DNA of 64,000 nucleotides from Macrostomum lignano (GCA_002269645.1 NIVC01002311.1:93672-157671); one strand, 5' to 3'. Positions 1 to 37,525 are shown, numbered from the stretch's first letter. Made by a program: numbers and translations. The notes: generated from the sequence alone by a model not told the origin.

Positions 1-1318
1 GTGATCAAAAAGTTCTGCAAGTGACCTCACAACTCTGTGCTACAGCAGCCGAGGCGTCTAATCAGTGTCACATTCCCTTAAAGTACTTTCCACCACTATC
101 TATGCACCGTCGCATCCGTGTGCACCATGTCTGAAAGCAGTCATGGTACTCCGAAGTTGGTATACCCTGTAGAGCTGAATGTACCGCTTGGGCAAGGTCT
201 TGCATGCGTGAAAACGGCCTCCCAGAAACGACGGATTTGATCCTCGGGGACAGCCAAAAGTCGCAAGGTGCTAGGTCTAGAGAGTAGGGTGGATGGGGCA
301 GCAGCCGGACCCCCTGCTGCTCCAGGTACGCCATGGTTGATGCCGCTCTGTGCGGTGCCACATTGTCATGGTGCAGCAGGAGTCGAGGTCCATGCCTGGT
401 TCGCGCACGTTCCTGCCGCTCCTGCAGCACGCCTGGCAGAACAGTGTCTGTGTAGTACCTGGCAGTCACTGTGGCACCCGCTGGAAGGATGTTCACCGAT
501 ACAACACCCTGAGAGTTGAAAAAAAAATGGTGAACATCCGCTTCCGACTGCGGAATCCGATCTTCAGCACCTCAGGCCTTGGCTCATCTTCTGCCAGCCA
601 GACCATGTTGGACTGCTTATCCTTCATGGTAAAAGAAGGAGATCCAACATTCGTCTCCTGTGATGACATCCGACAGTCGTCGTGGGCCGTGGGGCTCAAA
701 CATTTGCAGCCACAAGCGACAGATGCGCACCCTCTCTGCTTGCTGCTCCGGAGTGAGAAGATGAGGTACCCACCGAGCGCAGGTCTTTGTGCGGCCTAGT
801 TGCTCATGCATGATGTTATGAGCACTTCCATAGCTGACACCAAGCTCATAGGCAATGAATCTCAGCAAAATGCTCCAATCCTCACGAATTATTGCATCGG
901 CATGGGCCACGACATCTTCGGTCACGGATGTCCGGGGTCAGCCAGACCTCGGTTCATCGTTGAAGCTGTCCCAGCCTTCCAAGAAATGGCGCAGCCAGCG
1001 GGCAACTGTGTCAAATGATGGAGCAGAGTCAGCTAAAACATTCACAAAACATGGTGTGAATATCAGTCACTTTGCAACCAAGTTGCATGCGCATAAAGAT
1101 ATAGAAGCGAACACTGTCTTTTGATGTTTCCATCAGCTACTGAAAACACATGGAAAATATATAGCTGTGAAATTTTACTGGAGCACATTTGGAAGCCAAA
1201 AATGCATATAAGTATAGCAAACAGATATAGCCGCATATGTGTAAGTTTTCGGCTTTTGCCGATTCTATAACTAAAAGCTATAACAAAAGGTTGCAGAACT
1301 TTTTGATCACCCCTCGTA
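1..1318 (-). mobile_element. Mariner (DD34D) DNA transposon, decayed; left ITR cut by the window edge
   Basis: Bases 1-20 (gtgatcaaaaagttctgcaa) are the reverse complement of 1291-1310. The right ITR runs 1291-1316 and is followed by TA (1317-1318). The element is about 1.3 kb. Confidence 0.95.
68..1133 (-). pseudogene. Mariner transposase pseudogene
   Basis: Motifs WVPHLL, ITGDE, HHDNVAPH and YSLDLAPCDF, with exactly 34 residues between the 2nd and 3rd Asp. ATG at 1133. Three frameshifts (about 1040-1050, 630-636 and 519-527; the last two in T-runs) and an in-frame TGA near 938. Confidence 0.92.
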
Positions 1319-1463
1319 TTATGCAGAAAAAGTTCAGACACAATTGATGTGCGCTTCATGCAATCATGCTCCATGTGACTCCATGCTACTGTGTTTAGAA
1401 CTGGTTATCACAGTGAATTTAATGCGCATATAAGTAGGAATAAAATTTCTTATCATCTTATTC

Positions 1464-1732
1464 GGTGGTATGTAAAAGACGGAGCGGATCGAATCTACAT
1501 CGGATCTACAAATAAGCGAAATTTAGTGTTAAAGTCGATTTTTTTCTCAAAAGTCAAATAAGCAAGAAAGCAGATGCCATTTTATGTAAAGAACTGTTAA
1601 GTGCCAATACTAAGAATGTTTTTAAATATTTGTTATTATACTTTTGACTGATCCGTGGTCCCATTACTTTCAATGTACGGATGGATCCGTATTCCATACC
1701 GATCTGATCTGCTTCGTCTTTTACATACAACC
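1464..1732. mobile_element. 269-bp MITE with about 32-bp imperfect TIRs and 8-bp TSD TCTTATTC
   Basis: Left end ggtggtatgtaaaagacggagcggatc matches the reverse complement of the right end (ggttgtatgtaaaagacgaagcagatc). TCTTATTC occurs at 1456-1463 and 1733-1740. Confidence 0.85.
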
Positions 1733-4700
1733 TCTTATTCTGCTTCTTTCGCTACGAGCCTGAACCACGAATACTGAAACTTCTGAAAGTGAGTGAGAGG
1801 ACTTGTGTTTCACGAAAAAAGTATATCTACTTTGCGACAATGACAAATAAACGTGACGCTCTGTCAAAACTTCGTTAAAAGTGTCCACTTCATTCATTAG
1901 AGTAAATTCGTAAGATCGTAATTTACTATATTAAAAAAATATTTATAATAAACCATTAATTAACTATACGCTTGTAACAAGGGACCCCAAGGCTGCATAA
2001 AAGGAAAATTTAGTAGTGCGGGGCACTGGGCAGGAAATCTCGGACGGCGCGAATATTTTTTAATGGCGCGAAAAAAATGGTTGCCTCTCAGTCCCACCAC
2101 TGGAATTAACAAACACCAAGAAAGAATAGGGCGTAATAATCAGCTAAAAACACGGTAAAAACCTCATTTGAAAGGATAAATGAAAATCTAATGATATAAC
2201 TTAAGTTAGGTTTTTGTGCACTCGAAATATTTTCAACTACTGCGCACTTTGTTATTTGTTTAATTGAGACATCAGTATCGCGCTATCATTTTCAAAATAT
2301 TTTAATTTGCAAAATTGCGCAGCACAGGGCCGCCAAATACCAAACCATTAGCAGGCCCAGCTATTACTTACGCGAGGAGAAACAAGGCATGCGTGTGCTC
2401 AGTTTTGTTGTCCGTACGTGCGTACGTACCATCAAAACCCTAGGGACAGACTAAACCCCGTAAATAAATCCTATCTCTTGAGTTCCCTTGTGAGAATTAA
2501 GGAAACAGTGTTTCATTGGACGATCATATGGTATAGACATAGTGTATTTGCAAATAAAATTTTGAAATATTATTTTTTTGCCTTTCGGCTTTTCAATATC
2601 TTTGAAAAAAATGTTTCATGACCTATTCTAATTTATAGTTCTTGACATAGATAGAATTTTTATATATTAATATTTTTCTAAAATTCCTATCAATGTAATG
2701 TAGGCCTAACCAATGTTATGTACTTATGTTATTGTTTTTATTGGAACTTAATACATTTGATAACATGAAAAAGGCTGCTGATGTTGCATGTTTAACTTTA
2801 GGAGTAATATTAGAATAAGTGTAATAATATATGTCCCAGGACCCAGGGCTCTTATTTATTCTTTTGTTTAGCCTTACTTGCTGCCACCAAGCTGTTGCAG
2901 GGGTTATTCCTTCTTGTTAATATTGCTGGTTATTACTTGCCTTTTACTTGTAGCACATGTACTTCTATTGGTAGCATCTGTACTTCTATTGGTAGTGTAT
3001 GTACTTTTACTAGTAGCATCTGTACTTCTATTGTACTTTCTGGCCTGAGTGGTCTTTTTAGGCACTGTCTATCCTATTCCTATACTCCCCAAAGATATTA
3101 TTCTCAGTCCTGGGCGTTCCTGGGATCAGAGGGTCACAGCGCACTTCACTGGGTATTCTGCCCTGAGGCGGGTTTCTCAGACTCTAAGCCTGGATTTCTC
3201 TACCCTGTGGTAGGATCTCTACCTCCTAAACGCGGGTTACTAGACTCCTAAGTCTAGGATTTCTCATTCTCTGAGAATGGGTTGAACTCTCCCAATCTTG
3301 GGGCTTCTGATGCTTCTAAAATAACTAAGTCAGTAAGTATCGAGCAATATACTAGAACAGTTTTAAGCTTGAAGCCAGCAAAGCACAAGTTGCACAAGTT
3401 GCTCTCCTTCTTATTCGGCTCGTGTATTTATACTCCTCTTGATTTGGTCTTTTAAACAAATAAAATTTCATAATTTCATAAATTTCATTTAAAATATTTA
3501 CAATAGGGGCCTATTACTAATAGTATGCATATTAAAACAAAATATTCTAGTTTCAAATATACTACTTTCTAGGAAACAACAATGCTAAAATAAGGCCTAC
3601 CTCATTTTTTTTGTCTGAGTACCCACATAAAGAGCCATTTTTATTAGGGTAGGCACACTTTAAAAGACCCAGTAATGGTTGAAGTAGTAAGTGCATATGT
3701 GGCTCTATAATGCCTAAGGCAGACAGAGAATCCATGTTTTGGAAGGAACTTGACAAGCTGATCTTCTATCTTGATTAGTATCCTACATCTATGCTTTTTA
3801 GTGCCTTGCATTTTGGTGTTCCAGTTTGCTTTTTAGTGCCTAGTGTAGTCAAAGATGAGCCCTGATTTAATATTAAGTGCTTTGCAGTACTTCTTTGCTT
3901 TCTAAGGTACTGTTCAATTTGTTAGGCTGACCTGCTAGCCTCTTTTAATTTTTTAAAGTCTTGTTTCTTTTAACTTTATTGTTTTGATTTCTTGAAAAAT
4001 CAAAATATAATTGCATGTTGCTCAAGAAATCAATGCTAAAATAGATCTGTCTCAATATTATTTTATCAAACTACATATAACATTATTGGTGATATATTTT
4101 CTTAACCAAACTATCTAATTCCTAGTTTTACTAAGCCCTAAGCCCTAGTTTTACTAATTCTAAATGTTAGATATTCCTATTATCATTTAAGATGAAATTG
4201 CAATTATGGATCAATTGTGATCATGGTCATGATCATAAAAACCATGATCATGAGATAAAAATCATGCATGGTCTTTTGCCAATCACAATTTATGAATTTT
4301 ATTAATTAAACCTTACTTTAAAAAAAGTTTTTTAAGGAAATGATTGTGAAAAGCAAACTGAAATTGCAACAAATCAGCGCAGACAGATATAACAAAGCCA
4401 TATAATAAAATACAGTCAAACAATTAATATGAAAAAACAAAGCTTAAAAATTATGCTATACTCTGTAGTATTAATATTAATAATAATTCTGTACAGACTG
4501 TGCTTAAATTAAAATATAGCCTATGTTATAAAAAATGCATAGTAATATACAGTTTCCTGCATGGTCTAGTTCTAATCATGCATAAAAAGAAAATCATAGT
4601 TGGTCAATCCCTAGTTGTAATAGAGATATTTATTTGATCCTAGGATATCTTACAATTAATGATTAAGCTACCAAGTTATAACATGTCTTTAATGTATATA

Positions 4701-5902
4701 TTTATTTCTAAGAATTATTAGTAGAATATAGTTAAGTTTTCTAATTTTAATAGCAATAAATTTTTGGTAGTGTATATATGTATAGAAAATATTTTATAAA
4801 TTAAAGCAAAAATATTTTTGAACTTTTTTAGTTGCTTTTCTAAAAAGGTAAGAACACTTTGAAGAGTTTCTTTCTTTAATATAAATTTTTGAATAAAAGG
4901 AAAGTATAGTGAAAAATAATGAACAAAAAATGGTACTAGTCAAGGACAACTCAAGTAGAACAGGAAACTACAGTTCTTGTAAAACATTAAAAAGGCTGCT
5001 TCTTACCAAAAATACACTATGGAGATAAGAACTTTTCATGGTTTTCCATATTAAAATTTTTATTGATTTTGATAGCATGCAAACCTAATGTTTATATATT
5101 TTGCCTTTCTTATAGCTCTATTGATTTTTTATAAAGCTTTTGTTCAGAAAATAAGGATTCTATGTTAATTTGTTATTATTAATTAAAGCTTAATAAAGTA
5201 TTAAATTATTATTAGAATATCTTATTTATTAAATAAAGTAACATCTGCTATGGTAGGCTTACTACTGACACCTTGGGCAAGATTGACAAGTAGACAATCT
5301 TTTTAAAGGTGGCACTTCTACTAGTATAGCAATTTACATTGATTGACTGCAGCTCTTACTACATACAATTGCAATCAGAGTGTTCTAAAAAAGTGGCCTT
5401 CCTTTTCTCTGGCTAATTGGCTTAGCTTAGAGCTATGATGAACAATGACATGTTTGGCTTTGGCTGCTTGTTAACAGGGTTTTTACCACGGGTCTTGAGC
5501 AAGTTTTGTATTTTCAATGTAACAATGTACAGATTGCACAAAAGTTGTGTATAAATTGTCTTTCAAAATTATTTTCCAAGGCATGCTATGCCACCTTCCT
5601 GACTATGGTTACTTATTGCTTATATTTTATAGTATATATTTAATTTACTATAATTATAAAGTCTAATAATAGCCAGCAACAAACTATTCAAGTTTGTTTC
5701 ACCTACTTAATTTTTTACTACTCATCTTGAGCTTGGCTAAAAAATCTGAAAAATCCAAATTCCCAAGTAGAGTATGTCTAACCTAAACAAAATAATAAGC
5801 TTCAATTTAAAAATGTTTTCAATGTTTACCCATTGGCTTATTTTATCAATGCTGATATAACACATATTTACAATATTATTAATTGCATGCAGCTCATTTA
5901 AC

Positions 5903-30134
<24,232 letters not shown>

Positions 30135-30299
30135 ACTGCTAGCGGTTTTGCTGGGCCTGCCGTGATGATCAACCGGATATTGCTGGCTAGTACAGATACG
30201 AAAGCGTTAGGGCTTTTTTTGTTATGCTGTTCTTTTCAGTAGCTTATGACCGGTTGGTATCGGTTCTTGGTAGTCCGTTTTTAGTCTGAATGCTTTTGT

Positions 30300-30315
30300 G
30301 TGTCGTGTGTCTGCC

Positions 30316-30348
<33 letters not shown>

Positions 30349-30390
30349 GCCTGTCTGCCTGTCTGCCTGTCTGTCTGCGTGTCTGTCTGT
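30300..30390. repeat. (TGTC)n microsatellite downstream of the ACLY stop
   Basis: Seen directly. Confidence 0.9.
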
Positions 30391-31374
30391 CAACCTGTTG
30401 TATTCCTTTCGTAATTAATGATATTTTTATTTGCAAGTCAGCAGGTGCGCACAATCAGGAATCCTTAAGATATATATTGAAGGAGTATGTTGGAAAAGAA
30501 ACTCAAAATATCTACACGGGAAATGACATTGCTATGAAAATGTTGCCTCATTGTCGCAACTGTTGCACCTTGCCTCTCTTATAGTTCAGTAGCTCGTGTC
30601 GATGTCAATTTTTATCAGTCACTTTGTTTCCGCTTATTTAGTGTTTGCTTAGAGAAAAGTTGGGCTAGCAGTTAGCTTTCTCACCAAACAATGTTTTTTA
30701 TATCGATCTGTCGTCTGTCGTCTGTCGTAAAATAGCTGATTGCCAATATTTTAATCCCACGCACATAAACAAAAGGTTGTAGTAGTGAGATTATTCGTCA
30801 AAGGTTGTAGTCATGCTGCTTTTATATGTCTCCAGCCATATCTCTGCGTCACTCTTTTAATTTCCGTTAATTTTGTTTTATTTGTTTTACTTCGCAATTA
30901 ATAAGCTTGTTTTAATGCCGGAAAATTTGTTTAAACTAGCCCCAGAAAAGTTATTAATATAATTCTTGATTATGATTTTTTTCAACGCAGCATTGAATGA
31001 CGAATCCAATTTGGAAGCATAATATTAGAATTTAATGTAATACGCTAGTTTAGTTCCTGTGATAGCGGCATACGACGTTATAATATAATAATTTATCATA
31101 TTTTGTTTTGCAGTTGCAACAGTAGTTTATATCATATTCTAATTCCGACACTTCAAGTTCCCTATTTGCCCTATTAAATATTATCGAACTGTTTTATGCT
31201 ATGCACGTTATTTTACTGTAGGTCTAGACAGACACTGTATTAATAAATAAATATTGCTGCATATATTCAATATGTAGTGGACACTTTACTAGCTTGTTGT
31301 GGCATTGCAAAAATGTTCTAAGTGGTTTGATTAAATCGACCTGGTTACTTTAATTATACCGGCTGTGAATACCT

Positions 31375-32240
31375 TCTTTCACACCTGTGAACGCCCTCTT
31401 TCTCACCTGTGAATATACTCTCGCCTGTGAATGCCCTCTCTCTCACCTGTGAATATACTCTCACCTGTGAATGCCCTCTCTCTCACCTGTGAATATAGTC
31501 TCACCTGTGAATGCCCTCTCACCTGTGAACGCCCTCTCTCTCACCTGTGAATATACTCTCGCCTGTGAATGCCCTCTCACCTGTGAATATCCTCTCACAC
31601 CTATGAATATCCTCTCTCCCTTTTGAATATCCTCTCTCTCACCTGTGAACGCCCTCTCTCCTGTGAATATCCTCTCACCTGTGAATGCCCTCTCTCCTGT
31701 GAATATCCTCTCACCTGTGAATGCCCTCTCTCCTGTGAATATCATCTCACATGTGAATGCCCTCTCTCACTTGTGAATATCCTCTCACCTGTGAATGCCC
31801 TCTCTCACTTGTGAATATCATCTCACCTGTGAATGCCCTCTCTCGCCTGTGAATAGCATCTCACCTGTGAATGCCTCTCTCACCTGTGAATAGCATCTCA
31901 CCTGTGAATGCCCTCTCTCACCTATGAATAACCTCTCTCTCACATTCGAATATCCTCTCTCTCACATTCGAATATCCTCTCTCTCACCTGTGAATATCCT
32001 CCCACCTGTGAATATTCTCTCACATCTGACTGTCCCCTTCACACCTGTGACTGTCCCCTCTCTACCTGTGACCGTCCCCTTCCCACCTGTGACTGTCCTC
32101 TCCTTCCCATCCGTGACTGTCTTCTCTCCTTTTGTGACTGTCCCCTCTCCACCTGTGACCGCGTCCTCCCATCTGTGACCGTCCCCTCTCTACCTGTGAC
32201 TGCCCCCTCCTCCCCACCTGTGACTGTCCCATCCCCGGCC
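31375..32240. repeat. tcacctgtgaat-core minisatellite grading into tgactgtcccc units
   Basis: Seen directly. Confidence 0.9.
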
Positions 32241-33294
32241 TCCCCGTCCCATTCCAGTCTTGTCCTTTACTGCTATTGCACTTTCTCTTCTATCTGCTTA
32301 TATTTGACTAAGAAGAGCTGCTTAATGCTGAATGCAAATTCTGCTGCTGGAAGAGAAGAAGAAACGAGAAACACTTGACAAAGTGCCTGTAACTCGGCTT
32401 GCTCTGCCCTCTGAGCGCGGAACGCTTCAGGGGCTGAAGAGTGGCTGTGTGTTTGCCTTTCGGATCTCGTTGTGCTGGAACAGCTGTCAAAGAAATCTTG
32501 CTTGTATCTGGGAGTCGGTCTGGTCTTATGCGCCTCAGTTTTTTTGCTTGCAAATTCTAGCCAAGTTGCTCTTGCTGTTCCGATACCAGCCATGCAGTAG
32601 AAGAAGATTGGCAGTTTTATTGTTCCGCTTAGTTTCCTGAATTTCTGCTTCTGCCTCCGCCTCATCCCGAGCTGCTGCTCAGTGAGCCGTGAGCTTTAGA
32701 AAAGCGTCTGGACTGGATTGGAAAAGGGGCAGAAAGCAAGGAATTCTTCAAGGACGTCTTTGTAGAAATTCAACTTGTAAGGCCTTGAAACATTTCTGGA
32801 TTGGAAACTGCCGCGAAAGTTCGAATTTGTCTGAAACTCTTGCTTAGTAACTTTCGCCAGCTCACAAGTTAAACTAATTAGGCGATTTTTAATTTCGAGC
32901 TTGTGAAGTTTTGAATTTATAAACTTTCAAACTGATGAAGAAAGTCAGGGCGGCTGTACAGCCCCACCTGTGCATGCGCGATCTCATGGATCAGATAAAT
33001 GTAATGGGCACGTTGTCCGTAGTTCCATTCCAGACATCTACTATTAGGCTTAAGCGTCCATGAGTCAGCCGTTCAGAAATATATCCATTTAGCACCGAAT
33101 TCTCTTCAAGGTTTCCCGAACTGAACTCTGCTGCTCAGTTTCATTGGGCCCGGGCCCATGTTTGAGTCTCATCCTCATATGGACAGAGAGAAATATACTC
33201 ACTCTGCAGTTCCCCTTCCGCTCAGCCATCCTATACTCTCGGAGCAAGCACAGATCGAACCGTTGCTAACCGGTAGAAGCAGAAGACGTCAAAG

Positions 33295-35851
33295 ATGCGG
33301 GGTCCGCCGGCCTCCTACAGACTGTCTCGGCTGCACACCAGGGTGCTCAGCCTGCTGCGCAAATCCTCGGTGCACGGAGCTGACCGTGTGATCGGCAACT
33401 CGCAGAATGCCGACAAGTTCATCTGGCTCACCGTGCTGAGCATGACCTTCTTAGGCATGTCGATTCACTCGGTGAACCAGATCGCCCAGTACCTCAGCCA
33501 TCCGGTCAGCTCGACAGTTCGCCTCAGTCCCAACTCCTTCCAGATGCCCGACGTGACCCTGTGCGACCCCATGCAGACTCGGATCTTTCTCTACGACAAC
33601 ATCGCCGACTACGAGAGAAGCGCCGCGTCGCCTGGAGTGCCGGATTTCCTGCACTTGCACTACTCCTTCTACTTGCAGTTCCTGCTCGGCACGCGTTCGT
33701 GTACGACTCCGACGACTACCTGACGGCGCTGTACTCCAGCCTGGAGCACCGCATCAACATGTCGGCACTGTCCGCTCGCCTGTTCGACTTTGTCGTCGAC
33801 TGTCGCTACAACGGCCGCGAGTGCGACCCGCGCGACTTCCGCACCTTCTACCATAGACGCTTCGGCAACTGCTTCACCTTCCGGCCGCCCAGCCGCAGCC
33901 TCCGCTCGGAGAACGCCGACGATGGCCTCATCTTGGTGCTGTACTCGCCCAGCACAGATCCCTACTTCCCGCCCGACAGGTACGCCATGAGCGTCACCGG
34001 CCTGGAGTCCAAGGGCTTCCGGGTGGTCATCCACGAGGCGGACACCCGGCCGAAGCCGCTGATGTCCGAGCTGTTCGTCCAGCCCGGACACCGGACGGAC
34101 CTGCCGCTGACGCAGACCACCACCAGCATCATCAGCACGCCGTCGAAGCCATGCACTCCGCCCAGCGATCGGCTGTTCTTCGATCCGATGCTGCGGACTC
34201 GAACCCGGTACCTCTGGGAGCTGGCCGACTGTCTGGAGTTGGAGCGCAGCCGGCGAATCCTGGCCGCCGCAGGCTGCCTGATGGAGGGCCCCCTGCCGGA
34301 GTTCGCCTTCTTGGCCGAATCGGGCGACCGGCCGCCGCCGTTCTGTCACGACGTCTTCGGCGTCTTCGGCCAGCCGGAGTCCCGGGTTCGAGCCCTGCTA
34401 CAACGACTACGCGCCGTCGAACGGATCGCATCAAAGCGCGGCCGACGGCCTCTGTCGAGATTCTTTGCCGAGTTCGCCAGCCAGGTCAACTCCAGCATGC
34501 CGGACGTCATGATGCGGCTTGGCCGGCTCGCTGCCGGCATCCGGGCAGCCCGCCTGGACGAGCCGGCCGGCACGGAGTGCAGCAACATCTGCTCGGCCAC
34601 CAGCTACGAGTACTTCGTCATCCAGAGTGTCTGGCCGGAGAGCTCGCTGCGACCGCGCGGGTCGGACATCCAGCTGGGCAAGCTCAGCCAGCTGCTGCAC
34701 GACTACCTGGCCCGACATCGGGCGGCCAGACCGCCAGCCGCCATCGCCAAATCGTTGAACAGCAGCGGCATCGACCTGCGCCGGTGCCTCAGCCTGCAGT
34801 TCGCCTCAACCAAGATGCCCAACAAGTCGGAGGCCGCCAGGCTCGCCGTGGAACCCTGCCGGCCTCTTCAACGGTTCATCAGCGACAACACCGCCCAGTT
34901 GAGGATCTTCGCCAAGACGCACACCATCAGGACGATGATTGAGGAGCATAGCTACACCCTGATCTCCCTGCTCAGCGACATGGGCGGCATCATCGGCCTC
35001 TGGATTGGCGCCTCCTGCATCACCGTGTTCGAGCTGGGTGAGATCTTCTCCCTGGCCGCGTCGTTCTACTTCTTCAAGATGCTGGACAGGCTGCGAGACC
35101 GGCGACGACTGCGAAGGGGAGGCGGCGGCGATGGCAATGGGGAAGACAGACTTCTGCCTGATCCCTGCAACGCTGGCTGGACGTCCCAATCGCAGGCGGA
35201 GTCCTTTGCCGCTACGGCTGTGGCGGCGCTGGGCCAGCTGCAGCAGCAGCAGCAACGGCAGGTGTCGATTTTGAGGTGACTCAATTTGGCATCGATGTTG
35301 ATTTTCAAGTTAATTCGTTTGAGCACTGGCATATTGCATTGTTCGTTTCTCGACCCAATCGGAACGATTTGTGTCCTTGAGTAAACTGCACTAACTCTGC
35401 ATTGCTTCAGTTCACCCAGCTGTAAAATGGGTGCCAGCATTAGCTGGGGTAATTGAGGGTGCGTGTGGCGACCCCCCCCCTCGCAGGCAGCTACATAAGT
35501 TATACTGTCCTAAATAGGATAGGACAGCTACATAAGCTCCAGTTCATTTCTAAGAAAGCCGAACCTCTCTCCTCTCCAAGGACCCAGCCGAGTCAGCAGC
35601 AGTCGCCAGACTGGAAGCTGAACAACAGCGGTGTAGGAGGTGGCGGCGGCAACGGCTTGTTTTCATCGCGTTCGTCGTCGTCTCGACGAAGACAACCGTC
35701 GCTAAATGCTGCTGTCTGCGGCGACGGAGGCGGCATCCAGCTGGCTCCTCTGTGCCGACTGTGCCGGGAGGACCAGAGCTCCATGGACTCCGCACAACTG
35801 GACGAGCTGGAGGATCTGATCAGCGTGGGCAGAGGTTCGGTGGACAGCTGA
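33295..35851 (+). CDS. DEG/ENaC-family sodium channel; probable join(33295-35275,35581-35851) with one missing base near 33693; about 750 aa if repaired
   Basis: N-terminal SSVHG motif, TM1 (FIWLTVLSM..), MPDVTLCDP, DCRYNGREC, FGNCFTF, GFRVVIHE, CSNIC, SVWP, and TM2 LLSDMGGIIGLWIGASCITVFE (GAS filter). Donor AG|GTGACT at 35276 and acceptor ctctcctctccaag| at 35580 are both phase 2, which adds the 35581-35851 exon (inferred). Confidence 0.88.
35335..35480 (+). mobile_element. CORE-like SINE fragment (family 1) in the putative DEG/ENaC intron
   Basis: tgtgtccttgag..cactaactctgcattgcttcagttcacccagctgtaaaatgggtgccagc is near-identical to the reverse complement of about 59440-59550. Confidence 0.8.
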
Positions 35852-36079
35852 GCACTGCTTGTACTTTTTGTACCTTTTGCGATTGTGTTGTGCAATTCTG
35901 AACTGGTTCGCTCGTTCCGAGTTTATTTTTTGTCGCGCTTCGTCTGGAGACGCTTGGTGCGAGTCTGCGCTTAAATAGGGGAAGTGTGTGAAGTGTTGTT
36001 TTGCTTTGCGCCACCTCTTCTCATGTGCGTCTGATTACTGTCCTTATCTTCTCTGTTTGTTCATTGTTTTCACCGGTTA

Positions 36080-37525
36080 CCTCTCTTCCTCTCCCTCTCC
36101 CCTCCTTTCTCTCTCCCTCCTTTCTCTCTTCTCCCTCTCCCCTCCTATCTCTCTTCTCCCTCTCCCCTCCTATCTCTCTTCTCCCTCTCCCCTCCTATCT
36201 CTCTTCTCCCTCTCCCCTCCTTTCTCTCTCCCTCCTTTCTCTCTTCTCCCTCTCCCCTCCTATCTCTCTTCTCCCTCTCCCCTCCTATCTCTCTTCTCCC
36301 TCTCCCCTCCTCTCTCTCTTCTCCCTCTCCCCTCCTTTCTCTCTCCCTCCTTTCTCTCTTCTCCCTCTCCCTCCTATCTCTCTTCTCCCTCTCCCCTCCT
36401 ATCTCTCTTCTCCCTCTCCCCTCCTCTCTCTCTTCTCCCTCTCCCCTCCTCTCTCTCTTCTCCCTCTCCCCTCCTTTCTCTCTCCCTCCTTTCTCTCTTC
36501 TCCCTCTCCCCTCCTATCTCTCTTCTCCCTCTCCCCTCCTATCTCTCTTCTCCCTCTCCCCTCCTCTCTCTCTTCTCCCTCTCCCCTCCTTTCTCTCTCC
36601 CCTCCTTTCTCTCTCCCTCCTTTCTCTCTTCTCCCTCTCCCCTCCTATCTTTCTTCTCCCTCTCCCCTCCTTTCTCTCTCCCCTCCTATCTCTCTTCTCC
36701 CTCTCCCCTCCTATCTCTCTTCTCCCTCTCCCCTCCTATCTCTCTTCTCCCTCTCCCTCCTATCTTTCTTCTCCCTCTCCCCTCCTTTCTCTCTCCCCTC
36801 CTTTCTCTCTCCCTCCTTTCTCTCTTCTCCCTCTCCCCTCCCTTCTCTCTCCCCTCCTATCTCTCTTCTCCCTCTCCCCTCCTATCTCTCTTCTCCCTCT
36901 CCCCTCCTATCTCTCTTCTCCCTCTCCCCTCCTATCTCTCTTCTCCCTCTCCCCTCCTATCTCTCTTCTCCCTCTCCCCTCCTATCTTTCTTCTCCCTCT
37001 CCCCTCCTTTCTCTCTCCCCTCCTTTCTCTCTCCCTCCTCTCTCTCTTCTCCCTCTCCCCTCCTTTCTCTCTCTCCTCCTTTCTCTCTCCCTCCTTTCTC
37101 TCTTCTCCCTCTCCCCTCCTATCTTTCTTCTCCCTCTCCCCTCCTTTCTCTCTCCCTCCTATCTCTCTTCTCCCTCTCCCTCCTATCTCTCTTCTCCCTC
37201 TCCCCTCCTATCTCTCTTCTCCCTCTCCCCTCCTATCTCTCTTCTCCCTCTCCCCTCCTATCTTTCTTCTCCCTCTCCCCTCCTCTCTCTCTTCTCCCTC
37301 TCCCCTCCTCTCTCTCTTCTCCCTCTCCCCTCCTATCTTTCTTCTCCCTCTCCCCTCCTTTCTCTCTCCCTCCTTTCTCTCTCCCTCCTATCTCTTTTCT
37401 CCCTCTCCCCTCCTCTCTCTCTTCTCCCTCTCCCCTCCTCTCTCTCTTCTCCCTCTCCCTTTTATCCAAATCCCGCTCTCTTCTCCTTCTCTCCCTCTTC
37501 TCTCCCCTTTCCCTCCTTTCCTGTC
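36080..37525. repeat. Polypyrimidine minisatellite (ctctcttctccctctcccctcct)
   Basis: Seen directly. Confidence 0.97.

Noticed and set aside
2040-2075. E2F-like GGCGCGAAAA motifs as an ACLY promoter
   Set aside because: Short motifs 3.8 kb from the ATG with no evidence for a transcription start.
33627-33678. Small intron that might repair the DEG/ENaC frameshift
   Set aside because: Candidate GT..ttgcag introns of 42 and 52 nt give the wrong phase; a length of 3n+2 is needed.
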